A DNA stretch of 57,598 bases, taken from positions 1-57,598 of IMG/VR virus record IMGVR_UViG_3300017649_000002. One strand, given 5' to 3'. Shown piece after piece: positions 36,562 through 45,945 of this stretch (the stretch's first letter is position 1; the number at the start of each line of letters is the position of its first letter). Origin of the DNA: a virus (Duplodnaviria > Caudoviricetes). Made by a program: the position numbers and the translations under genes. The notes beneath the pieces were generated by a model, which did no database searches, was not told the DNA's origin, and saw only the letters and a program-made list of their open reading frames with translations.

Positions 36562-38618
36562 AGTTGGTCCTCGCGCCGGCACTTGGCGCAAAGTCGATGC
36601 CCGTCAGGCAGGTTGTCGTACTCGATCCAGCGGACACGCGGGCCTGGGGGCGCCTTGCCGCAGAGCGCGGTGCCGTTGCTCATATCGACCAGGTGGATGC
36701 TTTTCTGGTCCGGCAGGCGGGCGTGCTTGATGCCCGAGCGGCCGGCATAGTGCGGGTCAATGAACTTGACCCCCAGGTCTTTCAGGATCGCGTAGGACTC
36801 GTCGATGTACCACTGGTAGTCGATGTCGTCCGGGAACTCGTCAGGCAGGTCCATGCAGGGCTTGGCGCCCTCGCTTTTCGGAACCGAGTTGCCCGATGTC
36901 TTGTAGGTGATGGCGCCGCGCTCGCCCTCGGCGTAGTACCAGCGCACGGCCTTGCCGAGATAGGTGTCGCCCTTCATGCCGCCACCACGCACCTGACGGA
37001 TCGCGAGGAACGGGCGCAGGTCGCTGCACCGCTTGATCGTCTGTTCGACCGGCGTGCCGTTGCACAGATACTCGATCACGGCATCGGTGCAGATTTCGGT
37101 TGTGGGGTTCTTCTTCAAGCCCATGGACGCCGGCAGGCCGGGGCCGGACGCGGCGTAGATTTCCTTGCGCTTGGGCTTGTCGATCTGGCCTTCGTCCCAG
37201 CACTTTTTCTCGTCGTCCCATTTGAAGGGAATGGCGATGTAGGCGTTCACCGAACGCGAGTGCATGGAGCGGTAGCGCACTTCCTCGGTTTCGAAGTTCG
37301 TGTCGCACTCCCAATCGAACAGCGTGGCGTCGAACAGGCCGATCTTCTCGCGGGGCACCAGCGACGTGAAACCATCGGTGTTGGCCGAGATCACGCTGAT
37401 GTCGCGCATCTCAAGGCGCTCGATCGCCATCAGCAAGGAAAGCTGCCCGGTCAGGGTCACGGTGATCATCTGACGCGGCGCGTAGAACAGCGAGTACGGC
37501 TGGCCCAGCTTGCCGAAGGTGCCGTTCAGGACAATCTTCAGCGTCTCGGCAATCGCCTTCTGCTTCGCCCGTTTCGCGGCCAGGCGGCGGGCGCGGATGT
37601 CGCGGTAGACGGTCTGGAACTTCGGCCCGATCGCGGGCGGGATCAGGTTGTTATTGATGATCAGCGCCGGGTAGTAGCTCGCCACGTCGCGGTCGATCAG
37701 AATGTGATCGTCATCGGTGTACAGCGAGCGCCTCGTTTCCTGCGAGTGCAGGCCGCCGATGCCCATCTTGTAGCGCGACGAGCCGATGGTGAATTCCAGA
37801 TCGTCGAAGTCGTCGGTCTTCTGGACTCGGCCGTTGCGACCGATGATGAGCGGGATGCTGCAAACCTGGTTCAGCACCCGGCGCATGTTGTCGGTTCGGA
37901 AGCGCACGAATTCGGGCGGCTGGTAGTAGAACCGGCCAGGGCGTTCCAGGTCCGGCTTCTTCAGGCGCCGGCCGGTCATCTTCTCGACTTCGTGCTTGAT
38001 GACCGCTTCCGCGATCTGCGCATCCGACTTGGAACGCAGGTCGATCTTGTACTGGTTGCTCATCGACGCACGAAGCTCGACCTGCTCGCGCAGTTCGCGG
38101 TACAGGTCGATCGTGGTCTGAAGGTCGTTGCCGCAATAGTTGACGATGATGGGCCGCTCGTGCGGCTCGATCCGGGCATCCGGCTCGATCGGCAAGTCCT
38201 GCATGCGCTGGCTATGCAGCCGGCCGCCGTAGATTTTCAGACTGGCATCACCAGGAGCGACTTCGATCAGGTCGATGTGATCCAGGTAGGTCGGTGGCTT
38301 GATCTCGTGGTACTCGTAGAACTCCCAGGACTTCACGTCGGCCAGGATGATGCTGTCGCTCGCACGCTTGAGTTCGCCGCAACTGGCACCGGCCAGGGCG
38401 AGCGTGATCATGGGGATGTCGTAGTTGTTCCCGTTGAACGTCACGACCCGCCAGCGGCGCAGAAGATCGCGGATGCCGTCGCGGTCCAGGTCGTGACCGG
38501 GGTACATCTCGAAATAGCGCCGCCGATTGCTCTCGGTGTCGCGAAGCATCAACAGCCAGTAGTCGAGATAGCATTCGGTATCGCAGACGGCGGTGCGTCG
38601 CGGTTTCAGATAGTCCAT
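36558..38618 (-). CDS. DNA polymerase, family B-like, with 3'-5' exonuclease domain
   Basis: Exo 'DTECY', 'FNGNNYD', 'YCGND'; pol 'DVASYYP', 'KIVLNGTFGK', 'NTDG'. Confidence 0.9.
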   Translation of the reverse strand: MDYLKPRRTAVCDTECYLDYWLLMLRDTESNRRRYFEMYPGHDLDRDGIRDLLRRWRVVTFNGNNYDIPMITLALAGASCGELKRASDSIILADVKSWEFYEYHEIKPPTYLDHIDLIEVAPGDASLKIYGGRLHSQRMQDLPIEPDARIEPHERPIIVNYCGNDLQTTIDLYRELREQVELRASMSNQYKIDLRSKSDAQIAEAVIKHEVEKMTGRRLKKPDLERPGRFYYQPPEFVRFRTDNMRRVLNQVCSIPLIIGRNGRVQKTDDFDDLEFTIGSSRYKMGIGGLHSQETRRSLYTDDDHILIDRDVASYYPALIINNNLIPPAIGPKFQTVYRDIRARRLAAKRAKQKAIAETLKIVLNGTFGKLGQPYSLFYAPRQMITVTLTGQLSLLMAIERLEMRDISVISANTDGFTSLVPREKIGLFDATLFDWECDTNFETEEVRYRSMHSRSVNAYIAIPFKWDDEKKCWDEGQIDKPKRKEIYAASGPGLPASMGLKKNPTTEICTDAVIEYLCNGTPVEQTIKRCSDLRPFLAIRQVRGGGMKGDTYLGKAVRWYYAEGERGAITYKTSGNSVPKSEGAKPCMDLPDEFPDDIDYQWYIDESYAILKDLGVKFIDPHYAGRSGIKHARLPDQKSIHLVDMSNGTALCGKAPPGPRVRWIEYDNLPDGHRLCAKCRREDQL

Positions 38619-38630
38619 GTCGCTCCCGAG

Positions 38631-38656
38631 AAAAAAGGCCCGGCGCAGGCCGGGCC
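38631..38656 (-). terminator. Intrinsic terminator between SSB and polymerase genes
   Basis: GGCCCGGC/GCCGGGCC stem followed by T6 on the minus strand. Confidence 0.7.
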
Positions 38657-38691
38657 AAACCCGCTGCCAGGCGGGGGTCGGTGGCGGCTAA

Positions 38692-39435
38692 TCAGAGGCC
38701 GGCGGCGTCGTCGTCGTCATCGTCGTCATCACGATTGCGACGGCTGCGACGGCTGGAACGATCATCGTCATCGTCATCGTCATCGCGGTCGCGGCGGCTG
38801 CGGCGGCTGGAACGATCGTCGTCGTCACCCATGCCGTCGTCGTTGCCCCACACGTCGTCATCGTCGATGCGGCCCGAGCCGAACGGCTTGTCGTCCTCGT
38901 GGAACACGACCGAACTGATGCCGGCGCAGACGCGCTTCGGAAGCGGCTTTTTGGAGTTCTTGGACTTGCCGTCGAAGAACCACGGGCGGATCAGGCCATG
39001 CACCCAGCAGCCGCCGTAGAAGGTGCCGTCGATCTCGTCGATGTCGTCCATCACCTGGCCGTTCACGTCGCGGCACTTCGGGCGGTACTTGCCGTCCGAC
39101 GCGGAGATCAGCCAGTGGTCGTGCATGTTCTCGTCGTCGGACTCGTCGCCGTTCTTGATGAACCAGCGGTCCTTGGGCACCGACGAGTTTTCCTTCATCA
39201 GACGCTGGATGACTTCGACAACCAGGTCTTTCGCCGCAACGTGCGTCTTCTTCGGCAGCATCAGGACGATGCGCCACTTCTTCTGCTTATCGCCGTTGTC
39301 GTTCTCGTCAGTCGAAGGCGTGCCGAGGAACGGGTACGACGCCCGCACTTCGTCAATGCGGATGAACGGGTTGCCTCCCTCGTCTTGGTAGAGGGTGGCG
39401 TTCTTGACTTGCTTCACAACGGACAGTTTTGCCAT
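38692..39435 (-). CDS. ssDNA-binding protein (DUF2815 / gp2.5-like)
   Basis: 'VRASYP', 'KNGD', 'FYGGCWV', 'D..PFG', long acidic tail; lies between DUF2800 and polymerase. Confidence 0.85.
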   Translation of the reverse strand: MAKLSVVKQVKNATLYQDEGGNPFIRIDEVRASYPFLGTPSTDENDNGDKQKKWRIVLMLPKKTHVAAKDLVVEVIQRLMKENSSVPKDRWFIKNGDESDDENMHDHWLISASDGKYRPKCRDVNGQVMDDIDEIDGTFYGGCWVHGLIRPWFFDGKSKNSKKPLPKRVCAGISSVVFHEDDKPFGSGRIDDDDVWGNDDGMGDDDDRSSRRSRRDRDDDDDDDDRSSRRSRRNRDDDDDDDDAAGL

Positions 39436-39460
39436 TTCAGGGCCTCATGGAGTTACGGTT

Positions 39461-40759
39461 TCACGGATTGGAATCGACCTTCAGGTCGTCAAACACGCCC
39501 GCGTCGGGCGACACGTAGACCGGCCGCTTATCGGCTTCCGGTACGAGGACAGGTTTGCCGGGCGGCTTGCGCACGACACCTTCAAGGAATTTTACCGCTT
39601 CCGACTTCTTCATGCCGGCCAGGCGCAACAGGTCTTCGGCCTGGGCGGGCGATGCCATCTTCGTCGAGTAGAGTTTGGTCCAGTGGACACCGGCTTCGGC
39701 CAAGCGAGCTAGGGCTTGGCGCTCATCCACGAACTCGCGGTTGCTGCGGGCCTCGACCAGCTTGCGACCGGGGATCGTCTCGCCGTCGAGCGCACGTTGC
39801 TCAAGCTCGGTTTCCATCGCGGAGAACCAGTTTTCGAAGGCGCTGCGGAACGGGATCAGACGCGCCATGTCGGCGGTCGTCAGCAACTCGGGCAGTTCCA
39901 GCTTCGGTTCGAACAGGCCCATGCGCAGGTCGTCGAGCACGGGCGCCACTTCGTCCGAAGTGACTTCGTACAGGTCGGAGAACACCTGGTCCGTCATGTC
40001 GTCGGCCATCTTCAGGAAGGCCGGGCACGACGCCTTCACCTTGCAGAACCGGCACCCCTTCTCCGACGCGACCAGGGGGGCGTTGAGACGCCACGCGGCA
40101 CGGGCAGCATCCTTCACGGTGCGGGCGAATTTCAGAAGGGTCTTTCGGTCGCAGGTCCAGTAGTCAAAGTGATCGAGACGCGGCTGATGAATGCCGATGT
40201 CGATCTCCTGGAAGTCGAACAGCCAGTCCCACTTGTAGAAAACGCCCAGGGCGTAAAGCATCGCCTGGCTGTTGTTCTCGGCGTAGACCTGCACGCCCTT
40301 GCCGTGCTTGTAGTCGCGGATCACCAGCTTGCGCGGGTGGCAGCAGAAGAAGTCGGCGGTGCCGCCCTGCTTCGGGATCGGCGTCAGGCGCGAGAAGTAG
40401 ACCTTCTGCTCGACATGCTGGATGCCGGGCAGGTACATCAGGCGATCGACGGATTCCTCGACGAAATCGAACATGGCCTGGTCGATCTCGATCTGGAAAA
40501 CCTGACGGCCCTCGCGGATCGTCTCGACCTTCCCCAGCATGTGATCGGGCCGCTCGCCGGTCTTCAGCCATTCCTCGTGAACGCTGTGCGCGACCGTGCC
40601 CTCGGCCGCTTCAAAGCCAGCCTGGTCGGGCGCGATCAGATTCGGGATCAGCGAGCCAGGGCACGTCATCCACATGTGCGACCCGGACGGGCTGAAGATC
40701 GAATGCGCCGCGTCGCGGTAGTGCCGCGCTATGAACGCCAGGAGAAGTTCTTCGAACAT
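39461..40759 (-). CDS. DUF2800 PD-(D/E)XK (Cas4-like) exonuclease
   Basis: 'HSIFSPS...W..CPGS', 'EGT.AH', 'GTAD', 'DYKHGKG..V.A..N.Q..LYALG', 'CRFC.....C'. Confidence 0.9.
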   Translation of the reverse strand: MFEELLLAFIARHYRDAAHSIFSPSGSHMWMTCPGSLIPNLIAPDQAGFEAAEGTVAHSVHEEWLKTGERPDHMLGKVETIREGRQVFQIEIDQAMFDFVEESVDRLMYLPGIQHVEQKVYFSRLTPIPKQGGTADFFCCHPRKLVIRDYKHGKGVQVYAENNSQAMLYALGVFYKWDWLFDFQEIDIGIHQPRLDHFDYWTCDRKTLLKFARTVKDAARAAWRLNAPLVASEKGCRFCKVKASCPAFLKMADDMTDQVFSDLYEVTSDEVAPVLDDLRMGLFEPKLELPELLTTADMARLIPFRSAFENWFSAMETELEQRALDGETIPGRKLVEARSNREFVDERQALARLAEAGVHWTKLYSTKMASPAQAEDLLRLAGMKKSEAVKFLEGVVRKPPGKPVLVPEADKRPVYVSPDAGVFDDLKVDSNP

Positions 40760-40786
40760 GGGAAGGTCTGAGGTTTAGGATGGTCA

Positions 40787-40936
40787 GCCGTCAGGTGGAC
40801 CCGCTGCCACGCAGCGCACACGGTGGTCTGCGATCGACGACGTAGGGCGGGAATGTCCATCGAGACACGGCGGGGGAGGCGCAGCGTCGGAGACACGGCA
40901 ACGGGTCCGCCTGACGGCACCGGGCCGAAGCCCGGT
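40787..40936 (-). ncRNA. Candidate structured cis-regulatory RNA upstream of the DUF2800 gene
   Basis: 22-bp stem (40787-40808 with 40897-40918), inner stem, adjacent C-UUCG-G hairpin (40919-40936). Confidence 0.55.
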
Positions 40937-40953
40937 AGCCAGTCACGGTACCC

Positions 40954-41349
40954 TTACAGGCTGTCGCTGTCGTCGTCGTTGCCGTCTTCAGCGTTCAGCG
41001 CCTTCTCGCAGGCGTTGATGAAGTCCTCGTAGGCTTCCGGCTTCAGGGCCGCGAGTTCGTCGGCGCCGTGATCCTTGATCAGTTGCTTGGCGGCCTTGGT
41101 GCCGAGTTCGTCCTTCACCTTCACGGCCGCCGCCTTGACCTGCTCGACCGTGTACTTGCTGGCCTTGCTGCCGCCGTCGTCGTCGCCACCCTTGTTCGAC
41201 GAACGACGCGAACGGGTCGTGGTGCTCTTGCCGCCTTCATCGTCGCCACCCTTGCCGCCGCTACCGGCCTTGCCGCCGCTGGCGCCGAGCGCCGCGATCA
41301 GTTCGCGGACGGCTTCGGTGTTCTCTTTGATCGCTTGTTCCAGGCTCAT
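40954..41349 (-). CDS. Conserved small replication-module protein (first gene of the leftward operon)
   Basis: GGAG RBS before ATG 41349; 'AKQLIKDHGA..L..L.PE.Y' C-terminal helical domain, low-complexity linker. Confidence 0.8.
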   Translation of the reverse strand: MSLEQAIKENTEAVRELIAALGASGGKAGSGGKGGDDEGGKSTTTRSRRSSNKGGDDDGGSKASKYTVEQVKAAAVKVKDELGTKAAKQLIKDHGADELAALKPEAYEDFINACEKALNAEDGNDDDSDSL

Positions 41350-41403
41350 GATTTCTCCGTTGGGAAGTTGGTCAGAAACGGTTGCCTCACAACCGTTAAG
41401 GGG

Positions 41404-41433
41404 ATTAGACAACATATTGTTGTTGAACGTCAA
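41404..41433 (-). promoter_or_regulatory. Leftward sigma70-like promoter with operator B in its spacer
   Basis: TTGACG-18 nt-TCTAAT on the minus strand; ACAACA-TAT-TGTTGT at 41409-41423. Confidence 0.6.
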
Positions 41434-41531
41434 GCGATTCACAGACTAAATTGTAACAACGGAACGCGAATACTGGATGTGCGCTAATATACGCGGGTCA
41501 GACAAAGTAAAACTTGATCAAGGAAAATCAA

Positions 41532-41831
41532 ATGGAAGGAATAAACATCGCATTTCCGGCTTGGATCGAACGCCTACCGAAAAAGAACCAGGCCCGTGCT
41601 CGTGCGAAGTTCCTGCTGCGCCTGGCCGCCGTTCTCGCCACGCCGGAAGGCTCGATCACCACGTTGTCCCATCGAATCGGACTGCACCGCAATTCGCTCA
41701 ACGCGATGCTGGCGCAGGGGACGATGGACAGCGGAATCCCGGTCAACATCATCAAGGCGATCGAGCAAACCATCGGCTCGGGCGTGATCCCGCGAGCGGT
41801 GCTGAACCCTGAAGTGTACGGCGAACTGTGA
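41532..41831 (+). CDS. Small HTH-like regulator (Cro-like position)
   Basis: AAGGA RBS; 'SITTLSHRIGLHRNSL' HTH-like; divergent from the replication operon, upstream of primase. Confidence 0.65.
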   Translation: MEGINIAFPAWIERLPKKNQARARAKFLLRLAAVLATPEGSITTLSHRIGLHRNSLNAMLAQGTMDSGIPVNIIKAIEQTIGSGVIPRAVLNPEVYGEL

Positions 41832-41883
41832 AGGCCCCACCGGGCAATTCGGCCGCGAGGCCATGGCTTACACCGGAGGGTCA

Positions 41884-44385
41884 ATGAATTCCGCCAAACC
41901 GCAAGGGTTTCTGGCACGCTACGGTGCCCCCCTTATCGACGCAGGTTACGACATCATCCCCATCATGCAGGGGGCCAAGCGCCCGCCTTTCAAGGGCTGG
42001 GAGCGCATGCGTGCGGACCACGATCTGCTGCAACGCTGGCTGGACAAGGGCTACGGAAATTGCGGCCTCGGGCTGGTCGCGGCCAACACGCCTGCCGTGG
42101 ACATCGACATCCGCGACGAAGAACTCGCGCTGTACATGGAAGAATGGGTCCATGACCACATTGCCATGGCGCCCGTGCGCGTCGGCCAGGCGCCGAAGCG
42201 TCTGCTGATGTTCCGCACCGACGAGCCGTTCACGAAGCTGAAGTCCACCGTCTACATCGACGACCAGGGGCGCGAGCACGCGGTCGAAATCCTGGGCGAC
42301 GGCCAGCAGTTCGTCGCGTTCCATATCCACCCTGACACTGGTAAACAGTTCGAATGGCTGTACAAGGACGGCCCCCACGTCACGCCGCATGACGAACTGC
42401 CCACGCTCACCGTCGAACAGGCCAACGCCATCATCAACGAGTTCGAACAGCAGGCGCAGGATCGCGGCTGGACCGAAAAAAAGCGGAAGTCCTCGCTGCC
42501 CTCTACCAGAGTCGCATCGTCCGCGAGCCGTGGCCGCGACGTGTTCCTGGAAGATACCCGCCAGGCCGACATCAGCGACGAGGAACTGCACGCGAAGCTG
42601 CTGATGGTGCCAGCGCAGCCCGACTACGATAGTTGGCTTCAGATCGGCATGGCGCTCTATCACCAGTACGACGGTGGTGAACGCGGCCTGGAACTCTGGC
42701 ACGAGTGGTCGGAACTGGCCTACCCGGACGACTACGACGCCGACGAGATCGACGAGAAGTGGAAGCGCGGCAAGCTGTCGATCAACAACAAAGGCCGGGC
42801 GCCGATCACGGCCCGCCTGATCATCAAGCTCGCCAACGAGCACGCCGAGAAGGTGGCGACCGAGACGGTTGCCGAACTGAACCGCGAGTTGAGCGCCGCC
42901 CGCAACATGGCCGACCTGAAGGCCGTGGCGGAAAAGGTCAAGCAGACCGAGATCGACGCGCCGACGCGGGAACAGATCGTCGGGCTGCTGCGGGACCGCT
43001 TCAAGGTCATCACAAACCAGACCCTCGGGCTGCGTGTCGCTCGCGACATGGTGCGCTACGAGAACCCGGAACTGAAGGACACGCCACGCTGGCTGACCGA
43101 CTGGATGTACCTCAAGGGCGAGGACAAGTTCTTCAACACGCGCACGGGCGAACTGATCACGCAGACCGCGTTCAACTCGGCCTTCTCGCGCTTCATGCTG
43201 ACCAAGAAGGACGTGCTAGAAGGCCGTGCCCAGCCGGAGCGCTTGCCGGCGCACGTCGCGCTCAACATCCACCAGGTGCCCACGCTCGCGGCCAGGCGCT
43301 ACATGCCGGGCCTGGATGAAGTCTTCACCATGAACGGGGTGCAGTACGCGAACACCTACACGGATCGCAACGTGCCCGAAGTGCCCGACGACTTGTCCAA
43401 GGCCGACAAGCGGAACATCCGCACCGTCCGCGATCACATTACGCACCTGTTCCCCGACGAGCGCGAGGCCCGCATCTTCCTCGACTACATCGCCTACATC
43501 GTCCAGAACCCCGGCCGGCGTCCTGGCTGGGCGGTGCTGCTGCAAGGCACCGAGGGCGACGGCAAGACCTTCTTCGGTGTGCTGCTGGGCGCGGTGCTCG
43601 GCGCCGAGAACGTGCGCATGCTGAACGCCAAGACCGTCCAGGGCGACTTCAACGGCTGGGCCGAAGGACAGCAGGTCGTGTTCGTCGAGGAAATCCGGCT
43701 GCACGGTCACAACCGCTATGACGTGCTGAACCAGATCAAGCCGCTGATCACCAACGACGTAATCGAGATTCACCGCAAGGGCGTCGATCCCTACAACATC
43801 CCGAACATGTCGTCCTACATCCTGGCGACCAACTACCGGGACGCTCTGCCGCTGACCGAGAACGACAGCCGCTACTTCGTGCTGTTCTCCCGGTTCCAGA
43901 CCAAGGCGGCGCTCGCCGCGTTCAAGCGGGGCAACCCGACCTACTACGAAGACCTATATCGGGCCGTCGAGGAATCGGCGGGAGCGATCCGGGGCTGGCT
44001 GCTCGATCACGAGTTTGGCCCGGACTTCTCGGCCGGCAACCGCGCCCCCGATAGCCGCGCAAAGGGGTACATGGCAATGCTGGCTAAATCCGAGGAACAG
44101 GAGGCGATCGAGGCCGTCTTGGAAACGTCGATGCGGTTCGACCTGTCCCGCACGCTGTTGAGTTCGACCGACCTGGCCGAAGCCCTCTACAACATGCAGG
44201 ACGTGGAAGTGCCGCAGACCCGCAAGCTGAACAAGCTGCTGTCTGACATGGGATTCACCTACCTGGGCCGGGTGTTCGTGAACGGCCGTGCCCGCCGCTA
44301 CTGGTCGATGGAACCCGAGCGGTTTTTGAAGGACGGGGAACTGGTCACGACCGCCGTGCGCGATTGGGTTGAAACTGACTTGTGA
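41884..44385 (+). CDS. Primase-helicase (Prim-Pol, PriCT_2, D5/DUF5906-like NTPase)
   Basis: 'AVDID', 'VEILGDGQQFVA...HP.T', 'YDSWLQIGMAL', Walker A 'GTEGDGKT', 'VEEI', 'TN', 'DSRY'; GGAGG before ATG 41884. Confidence 0.92.
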   Translation: MNSAKPQGFLARYGAPLIDAGYDIIPIMQGAKRPPFKGWERMRADHDLLQRWLDKGYGNCGLGLVAANTPAVDIDIRDEELALYMEEWVHDHIAMAPVRVGQAPKRLLMFRTDEPFTKLKSTVYIDDQGREHAVEILGDGQQFVAFHIHPDTGKQFEWLYKDGPHVTPHDELPTLTVEQANAIINEFEQQAQDRGWTEKKRKSSLPSTRVASSASRGRDVFLEDTRQADISDEELHAKLLMVPAQPDYDSWLQIGMALYHQYDGGERGLELWHEWSELAYPDDYDADEIDEKWKRGKLSINNKGRAPITARLIIKLANEHAEKVATETVAELNRELSAARNMADLKAVAEKVKQTEIDAPTREQIVGLLRDRFKVITNQTLGLRVARDMVRYENPELKDTPRWLTDWMYLKGEDKFFNTRTGELITQTAFNSAFSRFMLTKKDVLEGRAQPERLPAHVALNIHQVPTLAARRYMPGLDEVFTMNGVQYANTYTDRNVPEVPDDLSKADKRNIRTVRDHITHLFPDEREARIFLDYIAYIVQNPGRRPGWAVLLQGTEGDGKTFFGVLLGAVLGAENVRMLNAKTVQGDFNGWAEGQQVVFVEEIRLHGHNRYDVLNQIKPLITNDVIEIHRKGVDPYNIPNMSSYILATNYRDALPLTENDSRYFVLFSRFQTKAALAAFKRGNPTYYEDLYRAVEESAGAIRGWLLDHEFGPDFSAGNRAPDSRAKGYMAMLAKSEEQEAIEAVLETSMRFDLSRTLLSSTDLAEALYNMQDVEVPQTRKLNKLLSDMGFTYLGRVFVNGRARRYWSMEPERFLKDGELVTTAVRDWVETDL

Positions 44386-44406
44386 CGCCCGACACCGCAG
44401 CGCCTC

Positions 44407-45144
44407 ATGCCGAATAGGCCGGAACGCGAGTTCCGGCTTTTTTTATGCCCGCTTCACCGCATGCCGAACCTGCCGAAAGGTCCATTCCGAATCCATGCCG
44501 AATGAGTTGAAACGGGGGTTTCGTGTTGTCGTTTGCACTCCGACCACCTCGGCCAGGGTGGGATCGAGCGCGGAGGCGCTGTTTATTCGGCATGACGGCC
44601 TTTTCGGCATGCTATTTGGCATGGGATTCGGCATGAGCCTATCTCCTTGATTTATATGGCTTTTCTATACCTTATCCCTAGTTCATTCCAAGTCATGTCG
44701 AATAAACAAGGGTTTGACTACAGCAAAACTTTTTTGTGATTTTTTCCCAGGGCCAGAGAATAGGGGTTTGCGGTTTCGGTTCGGCATAACGGCATGACCG
44801 GGGTTGCTCGGGGGAAAAACTCACTTTCGCGCTTTGCCTCGGGGACGATCTCAACCGAATGCCGAATAAAAGAGTCCGCCCGGCAAAACTCGGCAGAAAA
44901 TCACGGATCGCGGCTCTGCGCCCTCCCGGCTTTCCCGACCCCCGGCATAGTACCTGTTCACCTATTCGGCATGGATTCTTGTTCAGCAGGCCGGCCAGCA
45001 GGCCAGCAGCGATGCGAACGCATTGCGGTTGATGTAGTGTTGACCATGCCCACGCTGCGCCCCGTGTAGGGCCGCTATTCGGCATGCAATGCACTATCGC
45101 TATTCGGCATGGCGCACGCCTCTGCCGTGTCCGCTATTCGGCAT
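44407..45144. repeat. Iteron-like repeats (ATGCCGAATA / TATTCGGCAT) around an AT-rich stretch; candidate replication origin
   Basis: At least 14 exact or near copies in both orientations in a 1.1-kb non-coding gap. Confidence 0.7.
44418..44444 (+). terminator. Intrinsic terminator after primase
   Basis: GCCGGAAC-GCGA-GTTCCGGC plus T7. Confidence 0.85.
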
Positions 45145-45444
45145 GCTCGGCTAAAGCCCCCGCCCCCGGCCGTGCCTTTATGCGGGCTGTCACCCAAGTC
45201 CGCCCCGCGCCCGGCCACGGCGGGACGTGCGAAAGCCGGCCCGCCTCAAATCGACGTGCCGTCAAATCAGTTTCAGGAATCGCCCGTACCCGCTTCAGTC
45301 CGGCCGCTATCCGGCTTTCAGGTTCAGCCGTGCCGGCCCGCCCCGCCTACATTCGTTTATCGGGCGTCCGCCCATACGTCCGGGGAAATTGGCCGCTATG
45401 GTCCGGCTTCGCCGGGAGTCGTTCGTCCAGGTCCGGGCGGGCAA

Positions 45445-45473
45445 TAAAAAACCCGCCTTGCGGCGGGCGGGTT
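45445..45473 (-). terminator. Intrinsic terminator ending the leftward small-gene block
   Basis: CCCGCC-GCAA-GGCGGG plus T6 on the minus strand. Confidence 0.8.
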
Positions 45474-45490
45474 AGATAGTGCGGTGCGGG

Positions 45491-45721
45491 CTATTGGTCG
45501 CTGGCGTCCAGCGGGGGCAAGCCTGGATTGCGGCCACGGGCCGGGTCGCGGGCATAGCAGATATGCCGCTGTAGCAGATCGGCCGTAGCGCGGGCCGCGT
45601 GGTTGAATTCGGGCGTATGCTTCGCATTCAAGGCGTTGCCGGCTTCAGTGATGAATCGGCCGGCCTGCCATGGGGTATCAATGCGAGCGCGGCGGCGCTG
45701 GGCGGGTGTCGGCGCTTTCAT
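45491..45721 (-). CDS. Hypothetical protein
   Basis: ATGA-coupled to the upstream gene; ends just before the terminator. Confidence 0.55.
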   Translation of the reverse strand: MKAPTPAQRRRARIDTPWQAGRFITEAGNALNAKHTPEFNHAARATADLLQRHICYARDPARGRNPGLPPLDASDQ

Positions 45722-45924
45722 CGTCCAAGCCCCAGCAAGGCAAACACGTAGCCGGCCACGAATGCAGCCAGAACGGCGGCGGCAAGGCGCACCCAGCGGC
45801 CGAAGTTGAAACGGCGGGGCGGGCGGCCCGTGTATAGGCTGGCCCCGTGCGGGAAAGCATCGCGGAACGTGCGGGGTGATTGCCCCGTCCAGTTCGCCCC
45901 GAGATGATTGCGGTTATCGTGCAT
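45718..45924 (-). CDS. Small membrane protein
   Basis: 'PRTFRDAF' motif and a C-terminal TM helix. Confidence 0.65.
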   Translation of the reverse strand: MHDNRNHLGANWTGQSPRTFRDAFPHGASLYTGRPPRRFNFGRWVRLAAAVLAAFVAGYVFALLGLGR

Positions 45925-45945
45925 GATGGTTCCCGGTAGTGAAGG

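Noticed and set aside
30190-38618. Inteins in terminase, helicase or polymerase
   Set aside because: No C/S…HN splice junctions or LAGLIDADG blocks were seen, and protein sizes are ordinary apart from a short helical insertion in the helicase.
36564-38918. Long antisense ORFs (also 17079-19139, 19437-21098, 24625-26655, 27211-28491 and others)
   Set aside because: They are in-register shadows of real genes, expected at high GC3, with no RBS or recognisable motifs.
44405-45094. Small ORFs beginning MPN in the origin-like region
   Set aside because: They are artefacts of the ATGCCGAAT repeat, with no RBS or coding-like bias.
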